Source: a virus. From it: 64,000 bases of DNA. The position numbers were made by a program, and so were the translations under genes. The notes below the pieces were generated by a model that worked only from the letters and a program-made list of their open reading frames with translations, was not told the DNA's origin and ran no database searches. How positions within the stretch are numbered: the first letter of the stretch is position 1; every line of letters starts with the position of its first letter. The stretch lies in IMG/VR virus record IMGVR_UViG_3300027759_000002, positions 64,001-128,000 of that record, one strand, 5' to 3'. Positions 1-9,798 of the stretch are shown in pieces.

Positions 1-317
1 ACAAAGTTTTAGGACAATCAAACCCGCTGGCAACAACAGCAACAACACTTTATACGGTGCCAGCAGCAACAAGTGCAATAGCTTCAACTATTACTATTTG
101 TAATCAATCGGCTAGTAATGATTTTTATAGAATTGCAATACGACCAGCAGGTGCAACATTGGATCCAAAACACTATATTGCATACAATGGTGCTATTCCA
201 TCTTACGATAGTATCAGTTTAACAATTGGTATCACACTAGCTAGTACTGATATAGTTACAGTATATGCAGGTACTGCAAATCTAAGTTTCAACTTGTTTG
301 GTTCGGAGATTAGTTAA
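1..317 (+). CDS. 5'-truncated ~110-aa small beta-rich virion/appendage protein (paralog of 3074-3403 and 15842-16171)
   Basis: Frame open from position 3 reads KVLGQSNPLATTATTLYTVPAA...LFGSEIS, matching the two paralogs; the ORF-track start at 57 is internal. Confidence 0.75.
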   Translation, partial: KVLGQSNPLATTATTLYTVPAATSAIASTITICNQSASNDFYRIAIRPAGATLDPKHYIAYNGAIPSYDSISLTIGITLASTDIVTVYAGTANLSFNLFGSEIS

Positions 318-1282
318 TGGTGGTAAAAACGCACAGCACAGAAAAACTTAGTGCTAAGGTTTTTAATAGCACAAGTATATCTAATCCATCAATACCAACA
401 GCAAACGCAATTGAATATCTTGTCGTTGCTGGTGGTGGTGGCGGTGGTGCTTGGCTTGGTGGTGGCGGTGGTGCTGGTGGTTTTAAAACTGCAGCTGGTT
501 TTGCAGTATCTCCTGGTGTATCATTAACAGTAACAATTGGTGCAGGTGGTGCTGGTGCAGCTGCATCAACAAACCTTGCAGGTGCGAACGGCACAAATTC
601 ATCATTCTCAACAATTACATCTTTAGGCGGTGGTTATGGAGGATCGGGCATTGCAGGTAAAGGCGCATCAGGTGGTTCTGGCGGTGGAGGTTCTGATTCA
701 GGAAGTGCTAGCGTAGCATCAGGTGGTGGTGCGGGCACCGCAGGACAAGGCAACAACGGTGGCGGTGGACTTGATGGATCAGGCGGCGCAGGCGGAGGTG
801 GCGGTGGTGCTGGCGCTGCAGGTTCTAATGCTATAGCAGCATCTTTCCCTTCTGGTGGAAACGGCGGAGCTGGATTATCTTCATCAATAACCGGAACATC
901 ATTGTATTATGCAGGCGGTGGTGGTGGCGGTTGTTATAATACTGGTGTAAAAGGTGGTGACGGCGGCGCAGGCGGTGGCGGTGGCGGTAGTACGTGGTCA
1001 GGCACAACTGCCGGCACTGGCGGTAGTAATGGTGGCGGCAACGGTAATGTAGGTGCTGTTGCAGGCGCAGGTGGTATTAATTCTGGCGGTGGCGGCGGAG
1101 GTTCTAATGGTACTGCAGGATATACTTCAAGTGGTGCAGGTACAGGTGGTTCAGGCATAGTTGTTATTCGTTATGCAGTTGATTATAAAGCAGCAACAGC
1201 AATTACCGGTTCACCAACAGTTACAGTTGCCGATGGTTACAGAGTTTATAAATGGACCAGTTCAGGTTCTATTACATTCTAA
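317..1282 (+). CDS. Glycine-rich tail fibre/appendage protein
   Basis: EYLVVAGGGGGG...GGGAGG...GGSGIVVIRY architecture, C-terminal GYRVYKWTSSGSITF. Confidence 0.75.
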   Translation: MVVKTHSTEKLSAKVFNSTSISNPSIPTANAIEYLVVAGGGGGGAWLGGGGGAGGFKTAAGFAVSPGVSLTVTIGAGGAGAAASTNLAGANGTNSSFSTITSLGGGYGGSGIAGKGASGGSGGGGSDSGSASVASGGGAGTAGQGNNGGGGLDGSGGAGGGGGGAGAAGSNAIAASFPSGGNGGAGLSSSITGTSLYYAGGGGGGCYNTGVKGGDGGAGGGGGGSTWSGTTAGTGGSNGGGNGNVGAVAGAGGINSGGGGGGSNGTAGYTSSGAGTGGSGIVVIRYAVDYKAATAITGSPTVTVADGYRVYKWTSSGSITF

Positions 1283-1291
1283 GAAAATAAT

Positions 1292-2527
1292 ATGACACTC
1301 AAAATTACAACAGATAACATAGCAACAGCAGCACTAAATTCTTTAGGTGGTGGTATTAAGATATCATCTGTAACTTTTACAGGTAGTGCTACTGCTGCAA
1401 GGATAACCGGTGGTGAAACTGTAACAGTTAATGGTTCTGGTTTTAAAGCTGCTTCAATCGTTTATGTAAACGAAACTAGTTGTAACACCACCTATGTAAG
1501 TGGTGCAAGTTTAACATTTATAAGTCCAGCCAAAACTGCTGGTACATATAATGTCTATGTTTATAATGATGATGGTTCTTCTGGAATTAAACCTGCTGGT
1601 ATATCCTTTAGTGATGTGCCTATATGGTCAACTGCAAGTGGTTCTTTAGGTTCTTCATTTGTCGATGCAAGCACATCAATTACAATAAGTGCAAACAGTG
1701 ATACCACAATTGCTTACAGTGTTACATCAGGCAGTTTGCCAACAGGATTAAGTTTAAATTCAAGTACGGGTGTAATCTCTGGTACTACTACAGGTTCAGC
1801 TGCTACTTATAATTTTACAATTACAGCTACTGATGCTGAGTTACAAACAACTAGTAGAAGTTTTAGTATAAATGCTGTTACTGGTGTTGAATTAAAAACG
1901 CCAGCTGGCAAAACAAAACTACTAGGATTACAATTTAATGCTAGTGGTTTAACAGTAACAGGTTCTTACACAGTTACAACAGTAGGAACATTATCCTATC
2001 AATCAACTGGTGGTGTTAGTAATTCTGGTTTTGCAACTGGATGGGGAACAGGTACCTACTTAACAATAGACCAATTAACTGACAACTCATCAACAAGAAG
2101 TAAAACTTATGTTGCTTGGTATAAAGGCACGCAAAGTAATACTGGAGGTTCTTATTCACCTAGTGTTGGAATCTTTGCTAACACCGGAAATGCCACTTAT
2201 TGGGGTTTAGGTATGAGTAACGGAAAAATCACAGTAGCAAATGGAACAGATAATCAAGGAACAACTAGTGTTAACACAGGCAGCTGGGTTATGTTAGCAT
2301 GGGTTGTTAAATCCACTCTAAGAGTAGATTCTTATGTCAATGGAGTTAAAGAAACTTCTGCTAGTAATATTTTAGTTAATAGTAATTACATGGGAACAAA
2401 TTATATAGGAACACAATACCCTTATCCAGGTGTAGCATCTCCTACATCACTAGATGCAATTCAGATTATAGATGGTGAATTGACTGATTCAGAAATTCTT
2501 TCCATATATACCGGCACAGCGATTTAA
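1292..2527 (+). CDS. Virion protein with IPT/TIG, Ig-like and C-terminal LamG/ConA-like domains
   Basis: GGETVTVNGSGF (TIG), YSVTSGSLPTGLSLNSSTGVISGT (Ig-like), WVMLAWV...YVNGV...IGT (LamG). Confidence 0.65.
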   Translation: MTLKITTDNIATAALNSLGGGIKISSVTFTGSATAARITGGETVTVNGSGFKAASIVYVNETSCNTTYVSGASLTFISPAKTAGTYNVYVYNDDGSSGIKPAGISFSDVPIWSTASGSLGSSFVDASTSITISANSDTTIAYSVTSGSLPTGLSLNSSTGVISGTTTGSAATYNFTITATDAELQTTSRSFSINAVTGVELKTPAGKTKLLGLQFNASGLTVTGSYTVTTVGTLSYQSTGGVSNSGFATGWGTGTYLTIDQLTDNSSTRSKTYVAWYKGTQSNTGGSYSPSVGIFANTGNATYWGLGMSNGKITVANGTDNQGTTSVNTGSWVMLAWVVKSTLRVDSYVNGVKETSASNILVNSNYMGTNYIGTQYPYPGVASPTSLDAIQIIDGELTDSEILSIYTGTAI

Positions 2528-2538
2528 AGGATTAAAAA

Positions 2539-2778
2539 ATGGCAACAAAAATCAACAGAAGAAACATAGACAACCAAACATTAATTGATTTAGGATATAC
2601 AAGTTCAGACACATTTACTCAGGTTAAATTTCCTTTGGGTGATTACGGTTCAGTAGCACAAGAAATTTTTGGTGGATTAGGTCTAGAACAGTATGGTAGA
2701 ATTTGGGATAATAAAACAACAATATCAGTTTTTTATCCAGATAGTTTAATCCCACTCGATGCGGGTTATTTAACATAA
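2539..2778 (+). CDS. Hypothetical protein of the fibre module
   Basis: ORF with AAGGA RBS; N-terminal TKI motif shared with neighbours. Confidence 0.55.
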   Translation: MATKINRRNIDNQTLIDLGYTSSDTFTQVKFPLGDYGSVAQEIFGGLGLEQYGRIWDNKTTISVFYPDSLIPLDAGYLT

Positions 2779-2800
2779 ATACTTATATTAAGGAATATAA

Positions 2801-3070
2801 ATGGCTACACAACTACAATTTAGGCGAGGAACTACTGCACAGACCATAATCTTTACCGGAGCAACCGGAGAAGTTACTGTTGACACAACTAAAGGTGTGG
2901 TAGTCGTGCATGATGGTACAACTGTAGGTGGTACACCATCAGTCACCGAAGCATTTGCAAGGTCTTCCGCAAATACAGCAAATTCTTCATACGCAACCGC
3001 TAATGTTGCATTAGTAAACGCTAATGTTGCATTAACATATACAAACACTTTTTTATTAATGGGAGCTTAA
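2801..3070 (+). CDS. Small protein with Mtd N-terminal-like domain and short ANxA stalk
   Basis: LQFRRGTTAQ...FTGATGEVTVDTTKGVVVVHDGTTVGG resembles the major tropism determinant N-terminal domain; ends FLLMGA. Confidence 0.65.
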   Translation: MATQLQFRRGTTAQTIIFTGATGEVTVDTTKGVVVVHDGTTVGGTPSVTEAFARSSANTANSSYATANVALVNANVALTYTNTFLLMGA

Positions 3071-3073
3071 CAA

Positions 3074-3403
3074 ATGCCATCGGTCTTAAAAATTTTAGGT
3101 CAATCTAATCCAGCACCAAATACTGCAACAACTCTTTACACAGTGCCAGCAGCAAACAGCACAGTAATTTCTACAATTTCAATTGCAAATTTGTCAGCAA
3201 ATACCACAGGTTTTAGAATTGCTTGTCGTCCAGCTGGTGCATCATTGGCCAATTCACAATACATTTCATACGACACAGTTTTAGGTGCAAGTGATACTGT
3301 TGCTTTGACATTAGGTTTAACACTAGCAGCAACTGATGTTCTTACTGTTTATGCTAACACAGGCAACGTTACCTTTAGTGCGTTTGGTTCGGAGAATTAC
3401 TAA
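3074..3403 (+). CDS. Small beta-rich appendage/adaptor protein
   Basis: LKILGQSNPAPNTATTLYTVPAA...FGSENY; paralog family. Confidence 0.7.
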   Translation: MPSVLKILGQSNPAPNTATTLYTVPAANSTVISTISIANLSANTTGFRIACRPAGASLANSQYISYDTVLGASDTVALTLGLTLAATDVLTVYANTGNVTFSAFGSENY

Positions 3404-4296
3404 TGGCAATTAAAAAATCTTCCTTAAGTGGATTAGCTTTTAATAGGACTATATCTTACCAGCAACCAGTCGCTTCAGCTGGCGGTGGTGGCGGTGCTGT
3501 CACAGTTGGACCTACGGCCACAGGTGGTACAGTTACTACATTTATAGATGCAAATAATGCAACTTACAAAGTACATACATTCACATCAAGTGGTTCATTT
3601 GTAGTAAGTTCTTTAGGTGCATCCAATAATAGTATTGAATTGTTAGTTGTGGGTGCTGGTAGTGGTGGCCATACGAGTACAACCGGTGGTGCTGGTGGCC
3701 AAGTAAAATATTATGGTGCAGAAAATTCAAATCTTTTTACTAGAGATATAGCTGTTGAGGGTTCAGCACTAGCAACTTTAGCAGCAGCAACATACACAGT
3801 AACAATTGGTGGTGGCCAAGCAGCTGGGACTGTTGGTACTGCAACATCATCTTCTTTTATCGGAACAGGCATAAGTGTAACATCGACTGGTGGATCAAAT
3901 CCACAAAGCGGACAAACCAGTTGGATATATTCTATCAGTGGCAATGGTTTCCAAACAGGTACATCAGGTAGCAATTATTATTCACACGGTGGTTCTGGTG
4001 CAGCAGGCCGAGGAAGTCCCCTTGGTGGTGATGTAGGTGGTGGAGGTGGACCTCCACAATATTTTATGATAAAAGGAAACACAGTTACATTTGTTGGTGG
4101 CGGCGGCGGTATTGGAATTAATAGTGGATATGGACAAAACTATGAAAGATACAGAGGAATTGGTGGCCAAGGTGCCGGTAGAGCAGATGAAACTGGTGTA
4201 GCTAACATGGGTGGCGGTGGCGGCGCAGGCTGGAATGGCAGCGGTGCAAAAGCTGGTGGTTCAGGTATTGTAATTGTTAAATATAGAATTTCTTAA
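3403..4296 (+). CDS. Glycine-rich tail fibre/appendage protein
   Basis: ATGGTVTT...YKVHTFTSSGSF, LLVVGAG, GGSGIVIVKY. Confidence 0.75.
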   Translation: MAIKKSSLSGLAFNRTISYQQPVASAGGGGGAVTVGPTATGGTVTTFIDANNATYKVHTFTSSGSFVVSSLGASNNSIELLVVGAGSGGHTSTTGGAGGQVKYYGAENSNLFTRDIAVEGSALATLAAATYTVTIGGGQAAGTVGTATSSSFIGTGISVTSTGGSNPQSGQTSWIYSISGNGFQTGTSGSNYYSHGGSGAAGRGSPLGGDVGGGGGPPQYFMIKGNTVTFVGGGGGIGINSGYGQNYERYRGIGGQGAGRADETGVANMGGGGGAGWNGSGAKAGGSGIVIVKYRIS

Positions 4297-4305
4297 GAGG
4301 TAAAA

Positions 4306-4686
4306 ATGGCACATTTCGCACAAATAGATGAAAACAACATCGTAACAAAAGTTCTAGTAATAGAACAAGATGTGATTGATACAGGTTTATTCGGAGAACC
4401 TAGTTCTTTCGTACAAACAAGTTACAACACACATGCCGGTGTACACACATTAGGTGGAACACCATTGAGAAAGAATTATGCTGGTACAGGATATACTTAT
4501 GACTCAGGTCGTGATGCATTCATACCACCTAAACCATATAATAGTTGGACATTAGTAGAAGACACTTGTTTGTGGACTGCGCCAGTCGCTATGCCTACAG
4601 ATGGTAAAGTGTATAGTTGGGATGAAGAAACACTTTCATGGAAAGATATCTCTGACGGAGAATCAACACCAGTAGTAACTGTTTAA
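4306..4686 (+). CDS. Fibre-associated small protein (possible assembly chaperone)
   Basis: MAHFAQIDENNIV...QTSYN...RKNYAGTGYTYD...FIPPKPYNSW, a motif set typical downstream of Gly-rich fibre genes. Confidence 0.6.
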   Translation: MAHFAQIDENNIVTKVLVIEQDVIDTGLFGEPSSFVQTSYNTHAGVHTLGGTPLRKNYAGTGYTYDSGRDAFIPPKPYNSWTLVEDTCLWTAPVAMPTDGKVYSWDEETLSWKDISDGESTPVVTV

Positions 4687-4701
4687 AAGGTTTATATTAT
4701 T

Positions 4702-5079
4702 ATGTCATCGCATGAACTTGGTTATTTTGGAAACATTTGGGTTAGACAACATGTTTTGGAAAGAAAGGAAGATAAAGCTCCTGGCCACAAACATTTTTTT
4801 GACCATGTAACGTTACTAACAAAAGGTAAAGTAGAAGTTACTGTTGAAGGTAAAGAACCAAAACAATTCACCGCACCAACTTTTATTATTATTAAAAAAG
4901 AACAAGAACATAAAATTGTTGCTTTAGAAGATGACACAATTTATTATTGTGTATTTGCTTTAAGAAATATTGATGGGGAAGTGGTTGAAGATATTTATGG
5001 AGAACAGCATGATCCCAATTCAGCACAAACATGTCCAGAAGATTATTGGGAAAAAGTAAAAAAGATTGAAAACATTTAA
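4702..5079 (+). CDS. Cupin-fold protein
   Basis: GHKHFFDHVTLLTKGKVEV...FTAPTFIII...EHKIVALEDDT; paralog of 20554-20922. Confidence 0.7.
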   Translation: MSSHELGYFGNIWVRQHVLERKEDKAPGHKHFFDHVTLLTKGKVEVTVEGKEPKQFTAPTFIIIKKEQEHKIVALEDDTIYYCVFALRNIDGEVVEDIYGEQHDPNSAQTCPEDYWEKVKKIENI

Positions 5080-5100
5080 GAGATATCACTTCAATAAAAA

Positions 5101-6033
5101 ATGTCACTATTAAAAATAAAACCATTTATTATAGATGATACAACTGCAAGTGATGCATTTGTACGGGCTAATGCAGCCTTTGGCCAAGCAAACACGGCAG
5201 CTGCATTTGCAAATGGTTCCTTTGATAGAGCTAATGCGGCATTCAATACAGCCAATAATGCAACCGACAGCTGGGTTAGAACACAGGCCAACAACGCATT
5301 TAATTCAGCCAACTCCGGTGCAACATTTGCTAATGCATCATTTACAACCGCAAACTCCGGTGCAACATTTGCTAACGGTGCTTTCTTAAGAGCAAATTCA
5401 AGTTACGAACAATCAAACAATGCAGCCTCATTTGCTAATGGTGCCTTTGCTTCTGTTAATTCTAGTGCCTCATTTGCGAACAGTTCTTTCATAACAGCCA
5501 ATGCAGCTGCATCGTTTGCTAACGGTGCTTTCGATAGGGCTAATTCCAGTTATGGAGTTGCAAACACAGGTTCTTCTTTTGCAAATGGTGCTTTCTTACA
5601 AGCAAACAATGCAGGTTCATTTGCTAACGGTGCTTTTGTAACTGCAAATGCTGCGGCCAGTTTTGCTAATGGTGCTTTTGATAGGGCTAATGCTGCCTAT
5701 GCTCAGGCAAATACAGGTTCCACAGATACATGGGTGAGAAACCAAGCCAACAATGCATACAGTACTGCTAATGCAGCCTTCTTAAAAGCAAATACTGGTG
5801 GAGCAGGCATCACCTATACTGCATCAAACACTGCACCAACAAGTCCGAAAGTGGGAGACCAATGGTACATAATTGCAACAGACATTCTTTATGAATATAT
5901 AAACGATGGCACAAGTAACAATTGGGTAGATATAGTATCACCAACATTTTCAAACACAACTACTGCATCTTCAACAACAAGTTCCACAAATAATGCCAGG
6001 GTTGTTGGGTATTCATTAGTATTCGGAGGATAA
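5101..6033 (+). CDS. ANxAF-repeat (14-aa periodic) fibre stalk protein
   Basis: Many ANGAFxxANxAASF repeats, DTWVR motifs, APTSPKVGDQWY domain, ends YSLVFGG. Confidence 0.7.
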   Translation: MSLLKIKPFIIDDTTASDAFVRANAAFGQANTAAAFANGSFDRANAAFNTANNATDSWVRTQANNAFNSANSGATFANASFTTANSGATFANGAFLRANSSYEQSNNAASFANGAFASVNSSASFANSSFITANAAASFANGAFDRANSSYGVANTGSSFANGAFLQANNAGSFANGAFVTANAAASFANGAFDRANAAYAQANTGSTDTWVRNQANNAYSTANAAFLKANTGGAGITYTASNTAPTSPKVGDQWYIIATDILYEYINDGTSNNWVDIVSPTFSNTTTASSTTSSTNNARVVGYSLVFGG

Positions 6034-6034
6034 A

Positions 6035-6391
6035 ATGGCCGCACCAAATTTAATCAGTGCAAATACAATAACAGGCAAGACTGCCACAGCAAACTGTACA
6101 ACCGTATCATCAAATGTTATTACTGTTTCAGCTAATACAGTTGTAAAATTAAATTCAATAATTTTTACAAACTATAATAACTCAGATGTGGTTTCTGCTA
6201 ATGCAATAATCAATCGTAGTGGCACAACATATTTCTTAGGTGCAAAAGTTAACGTACCTCCAAATTCAACATTAGTTTTATTAGGTAAAGATAGTCCAAT
6301 TTATTTGGAAGAAAATGATGTGTTGCAAACTGTTGTGAGCGCAAACTCAGCAATACACATGTCAGCGGGTTATGAATTAATTACTATCTAA
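6035..6391 (+). CDS. Small beta-rich appendage/adaptor protein (divergent member)
   Basis: MAAPNL...VPPNSTLVLL...IYLEENDVL...GYELI; same cassette position as the 110-aa paralogs. Confidence 0.6.
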   Translation: MAAPNLISANTITGKTATANCTTVSSNVITVSANTVVKLNSIIFTNYNNSDVVSANAIINRSGTTYFLGAKVNVPPNSTLVLLGKDSPIYLEENDVLQTVVSANSAIHMSAGYELITI

Positions 6392-6392
6392 A

Positions 6393-7346
6393 ATGAGAAC
6401 AAGAAGTAATTTTGGTATCATAGGTACAACACAAACAATATTAGGTAGTTCTAGTGGTGGTGTATACTCTGCTGATGACCAAAGAATAGCTAAAGCTGCA
6501 GGCAATTGGCCTGCGCCAAGAATCAACATACAAGCACTTATTGTTGCAGGTGGTGGAGGTGGTGGAGGTTCCGTTAATTATTCGGGAGGCGGCGGTGCTG
6601 GTGGATTACTGTATGGTACCATAATAGTTTCAGCTGGAGCATATACTGTTACAGTTGGTGCTGGCGGAGGCACAAATGCAAGCGGTTCAAACAGTTTAAT
6701 TACATGTCCATCATCAGTTTCTTTTGTTGCATCTGATGGATCAATTGTCGGCACATCAATTACTGCAATAGGTGGTGGTCGTGGTGGTTATTATGCCACT
6801 TACAGTGGTCTTGGTGGCGATGGTGGTTCTGGTGGTGGCGGTGGTCATGGGTCAAATGCAGGTGGCGCAGGTACTGTTGGTCCTCCTAGACAAGGATATG
6901 GTGGCGGTACAGGATTCAACGCAGCATCTGCAAGTGCTGGTGCAGGTGGTGGTGCAGGTGGTGCTGGTGCATCAGGTACAGTAAATAGTAATGGCGCAGC
7001 TGGCGGTGTTGGATTATCTTTTAATATATCAGGAACATCAACCTATTATGCAGGCGGTGGTGGTGGCGGTGTAGAAAATATTAGCGCTTACGCAGGTGGT
7101 GCAGGTGGTCTTGGTGGTGGCGGACGTGGCGCTGGTAACAATGGCGGTCAACAAAATGGCACAGTTAATACAGGCGGTGGTGCCGGTGGCGGTGGTAGTG
7201 CCACTACAGGTGGTTCTGGTATTGTAATCATACGGTTTGCAGATTCTAATCCGGCAGTTACAGCAACATCAGGTTCACCAACATACACAGTAGCAGGTGG
7301 TTATAGAGTTTATGTATTTAATGCTTCAGGCTCCATTACGTTCTAA
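6393..7346 (+). CDS. Glycine-rich tail fibre/appendage protein
   Basis: ALIVAGGGGGG, GGSGIVIIRF, C-terminal GYRVYVFNASGSITF as in 317-1282. Confidence 0.75.
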   Translation: MRTRSNFGIIGTTQTILGSSSGGVYSADDQRIAKAAGNWPAPRINIQALIVAGGGGGGGSVNYSGGGGAGGLLYGTIIVSAGAYTVTVGAGGGTNASGSNSLITCPSSVSFVASDGSIVGTSITAIGGGRGGYYATYSGLGGDGGSGGGGGHGSNAGGAGTVGPPRQGYGGGTGFNAASASAGAGGGAGGAGASGTVNSNGAAGGVGLSFNISGTSTYYAGGGGGGVENISAYAGGAGGLGGGGRGAGNNGGQQNGTVNTGGGAGGGGSATTGGSGIVIIRFADSNPAVTATSGSPTYTVAGGYRVYVFNASGSITF

Positions 7347-7378
7347 TAAATATTCATAATACAACAGAGATATTTTAA

Positions 7379-8266
7379 ATGGCATTTCCAACCAGTCCAA
7401 CAAATGGCCAACAGGCCACAGTAAATGGTATAACATATACCTATAGTACCACTTATGGTACATGGACAAGAGTTCCTACCGATGCAGGACAAGCATCAGC
7501 AACAGCAAATGCAGCTTTCATACAGGCAAACGCAGCATTTTCTCAAGCAAACAATTCTACAGACACATGGGTAAGAGGTCAAGCCAACAATGCATATAAC
7601 ACTGCAAACTCAGCAGGTTCATTTGCTAATGGTTCTTTTACTGTGGCCAATTCGGCAGCCAGTTTTGCTAATGGTGCCTTCACAACATCCAATTCAGCTG
7701 CAAGTTTTGCTAATGGTTCTTTTATAACTGCCAACTCAGCAGCCAGTTTTGCCAATGGTTCCTTTGTAACAGCCAATTCTGGTGCAATCTTTGCTAATGG
7801 TTCTTTTATAACTGCCAACTCAGCAGCCAGTTTTGCCAATGGTTCCTTTGTAACAGCCAATTCTGGTGCAATCTTTGCTAACGCAGCTTTTGCTAGAGCA
7901 AATTCGGCTTACAATGCTGCCAATACTGGCGGCGGTTCATCTGTAGATACATATATAAGTTTGACAATGACAGGTGCAATCACTTCACCATACACAGGCA
8001 CAAGTAGGTTTTATCCACCTAGAGCAATGTCATTAACTACAGTATATGCCAATTTATCAACTGCGGCCACTTCTGGTAATTTCACGTACATTATTAAGAA
8101 AAATGGAACAAGTATAGGTAATACATTTACCATTACTCAGAATCAAACTGTTATGACTCCGGCAAATATAAGTGTAAGTTTGGCGACTACCGACTATCTA
8201 ACTTTAGATGTGAACGGTGCATCCGCAACAGACTTATTTGTTAGAATTAAATATACAAACACCTAA
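7379..8266 (+). CDS. ANxAF-repeat stalk protein with C-terminal beta domain
   Basis: FPTSPTNG N-terminus, repeats, C-terminal IKKNG...DYLTLDV...DLFVRIKY domain shared with 17146-17790. Confidence 0.7.
   Translation: MAFPTSPTNGQQATVNGITYTYSTTYGTWTRVPTDAGQASATANAAFIQANAAFSQANNSTDTWVRGQANNAYNTANSAGSFANGSFTVANSAASFANGAFTTSNSAASFANGSFITANSAASFANGSFVTANSGAIFANGSFITANSAASFANGSFVTANSGAIFANAAFARANSAYNAANTGGGSSVDTYISLTMTGAITSPYTGTSRFYPPRAMSLTTVYANLSTAATSGNFTYIIKKNGTSIGNTFTITQNQTVMTPANISVSLATTDYLTLDVNGASATDLFVRIKYTNT
7706..7881 (+). repeat. Exact 84-bp tandem duplication (2.1 copies) inside the stalk gene
   Basis: tttgctaatggttcttttataactgcc...ggtgcaatc repeated at 7706 and 7790. Confidence 0.9.
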
Positions 8267-8276
8267 ATATAAGACT

Positions 8277-8591
8277 ATGACAAATTACTATTTCAAACAA
8301 ATTTTTTCAATTTATTCGGGTTATGTCTATGAATTTACAGGTAATGTTCCTGATGGTGAATCACCTTTATCATATATTACCGAACAATTTGTGGCCGAAC
8401 ACGGTAACGGACAAATTCAAACTGCTGTTACTCAAGTACCAGCTGGTACATATTACTTTCATAGTTTTGAAAATTTAGAGTCTGTAAAATTTATTCAGGT
8501 CGCAGATTTAAGCTATCAAGAACCAATAATTCCTGATCCAGTACCTGATGCAAATACAGAAGTACAATCAGTATCACAAGGAGACCAGTAA
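8277..8591 (+). CDS. Small acidic protein
   Basis: Likely start ATG 8277 (MTNYYFKQ), after a CTAAATA late-promoter-like motif; positional equivalent of 17794-18078. Confidence 0.55.
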   Translation: MTNYYFKQIFSIYSGYVYEFTGNVPDGESPLSYITEQFVAEHGNGQIQTAVTQVPAGTYYFHSFENLESVKFIQVADLSYQEPIIPDPVPDANTEVQSVSQGDQ

Positions 8592-9793
8592 TGTTAGTTA
8601 GATATAGAATGAACAGTACGGCTAACGTTACCACCATGAGAACTGATATAGATAATATCATTAGAGGTTTGGCCAATACGACAGCACATTTAAGTGTAGG
8701 TTGCGATACAGCAAACACAGTATTCTATGGAACATATCCTTCTGCAAAATATGCTCGAGTAGGAACTGCTGCAGGTTCAGACACTTACAGTAAAATACAT
8801 AACGATTATGGCGACCTCGATTACATCAGATTATCTTATGATGCAACAAAATTAACAACCATAACACTTGCAAACACATACACATCTGGTACCGATACTC
8901 TAGTTAATTCCAGAGAAGTAGTAAAGTATGAATCTATTGGATACATACAAGCAAAATTTTCTGGTACAACAATGACAGTTAATGCTGTTGGCAATTTAAA
9001 ACTTGGATACACACTGGCTGTTGGTGATATAATCGGTCCAAATTATGATAGATATTATTCTACTGGAACCGCAGGCGCCAACTTCAGTGGCGCCATGTGT
9101 TTGATGTTTCCAAAAGCTGGCGAATTTGCATTAGGAAATAGTGGCGCAAATTCTTATGATCCAAATAGTGTTTCTCCATCTACAACAATTTCATCACAAA
9201 TAACTGGCACAACTGGATCAACCGGCACTTATGTTACGTCAACAACAAACGAGATGAACTCAGTATTTGGATTTACTTACTGGCAAGTTTTTAGACCTGT
9301 AAGTGCCAACATATTACCAAACACATTTAATGCTTATGGTCTACAACACGGTATCGACATTGTTATAAGTAGTAAAATGCTTGTTATAAGTAGTCCATAC
9401 AATGCAACATCTATTGGTATTTTTGACATTGGTAAAAATGGTGTGTCAAGAATATATACAGGCGAATCATTAATGGTAGGCATTGATTTAGAATCTGAAT
9501 ATTTCGGTGGAACCAACGCCTATAGATATAAGTTTACAACTAATTCTTATGGCCCACAGGCCGCCATGAGCCTGGTCAGTACACCACCATTAAGAAAATA
9601 TAATGAAAATGGTTCTGTAGTTGTAATAGAAAATCCAGTGTTTATTAATCACGAAGATAACGGCAACGTATTGTCTGTAATTTATGGATTATATAAAATT
9701 CCTGAAAATATATACGGAGCACACACAACTTACGTTGACGGAAGCAGTGTTCGAAGATTCACAATTAATGATTATTCATTACTAACGGAGTAA
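8591..9793 (+). CDS. Hypothetical virion protein (Thr/Gly/Tyr-rich)
   Basis: 400-aa ORF, first of a tandem pair; N-terminal LVRYRM motif. Confidence 0.6.
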   Translation: MLVRYRMNSTANVTTMRTDIDNIIRGLANTTAHLSVGCDTANTVFYGTYPSAKYARVGTAAGSDTYSKIHNDYGDLDYIRLSYDATKLTTITLANTYTSGTDTLVNSREVVKYESIGYIQAKFSGTTMTVNAVGNLKLGYTLAVGDIIGPNYDRYYSTGTAGANFSGAMCLMFPKAGEFALGNSGANSYDPNSVSPSTTISSQITGTTGSTGTYVTSTTNEMNSVFGFTYWQVFRPVSANILPNTFNAYGLQHGIDIVISSKMLVISSPYNATSIGIFDIGKNGVSRIYTGESLMVGIDLESEYFGGTNAYRYKFTTNSYGPQAAMSLVSTPPLRKYNENGSVVVIENPVFINHEDNGNVLSVIYGLYKIPENIYGAHTTYVDGSSVRRFTINDYSLLTE

Positions 9794-9798
9794 AAAAT

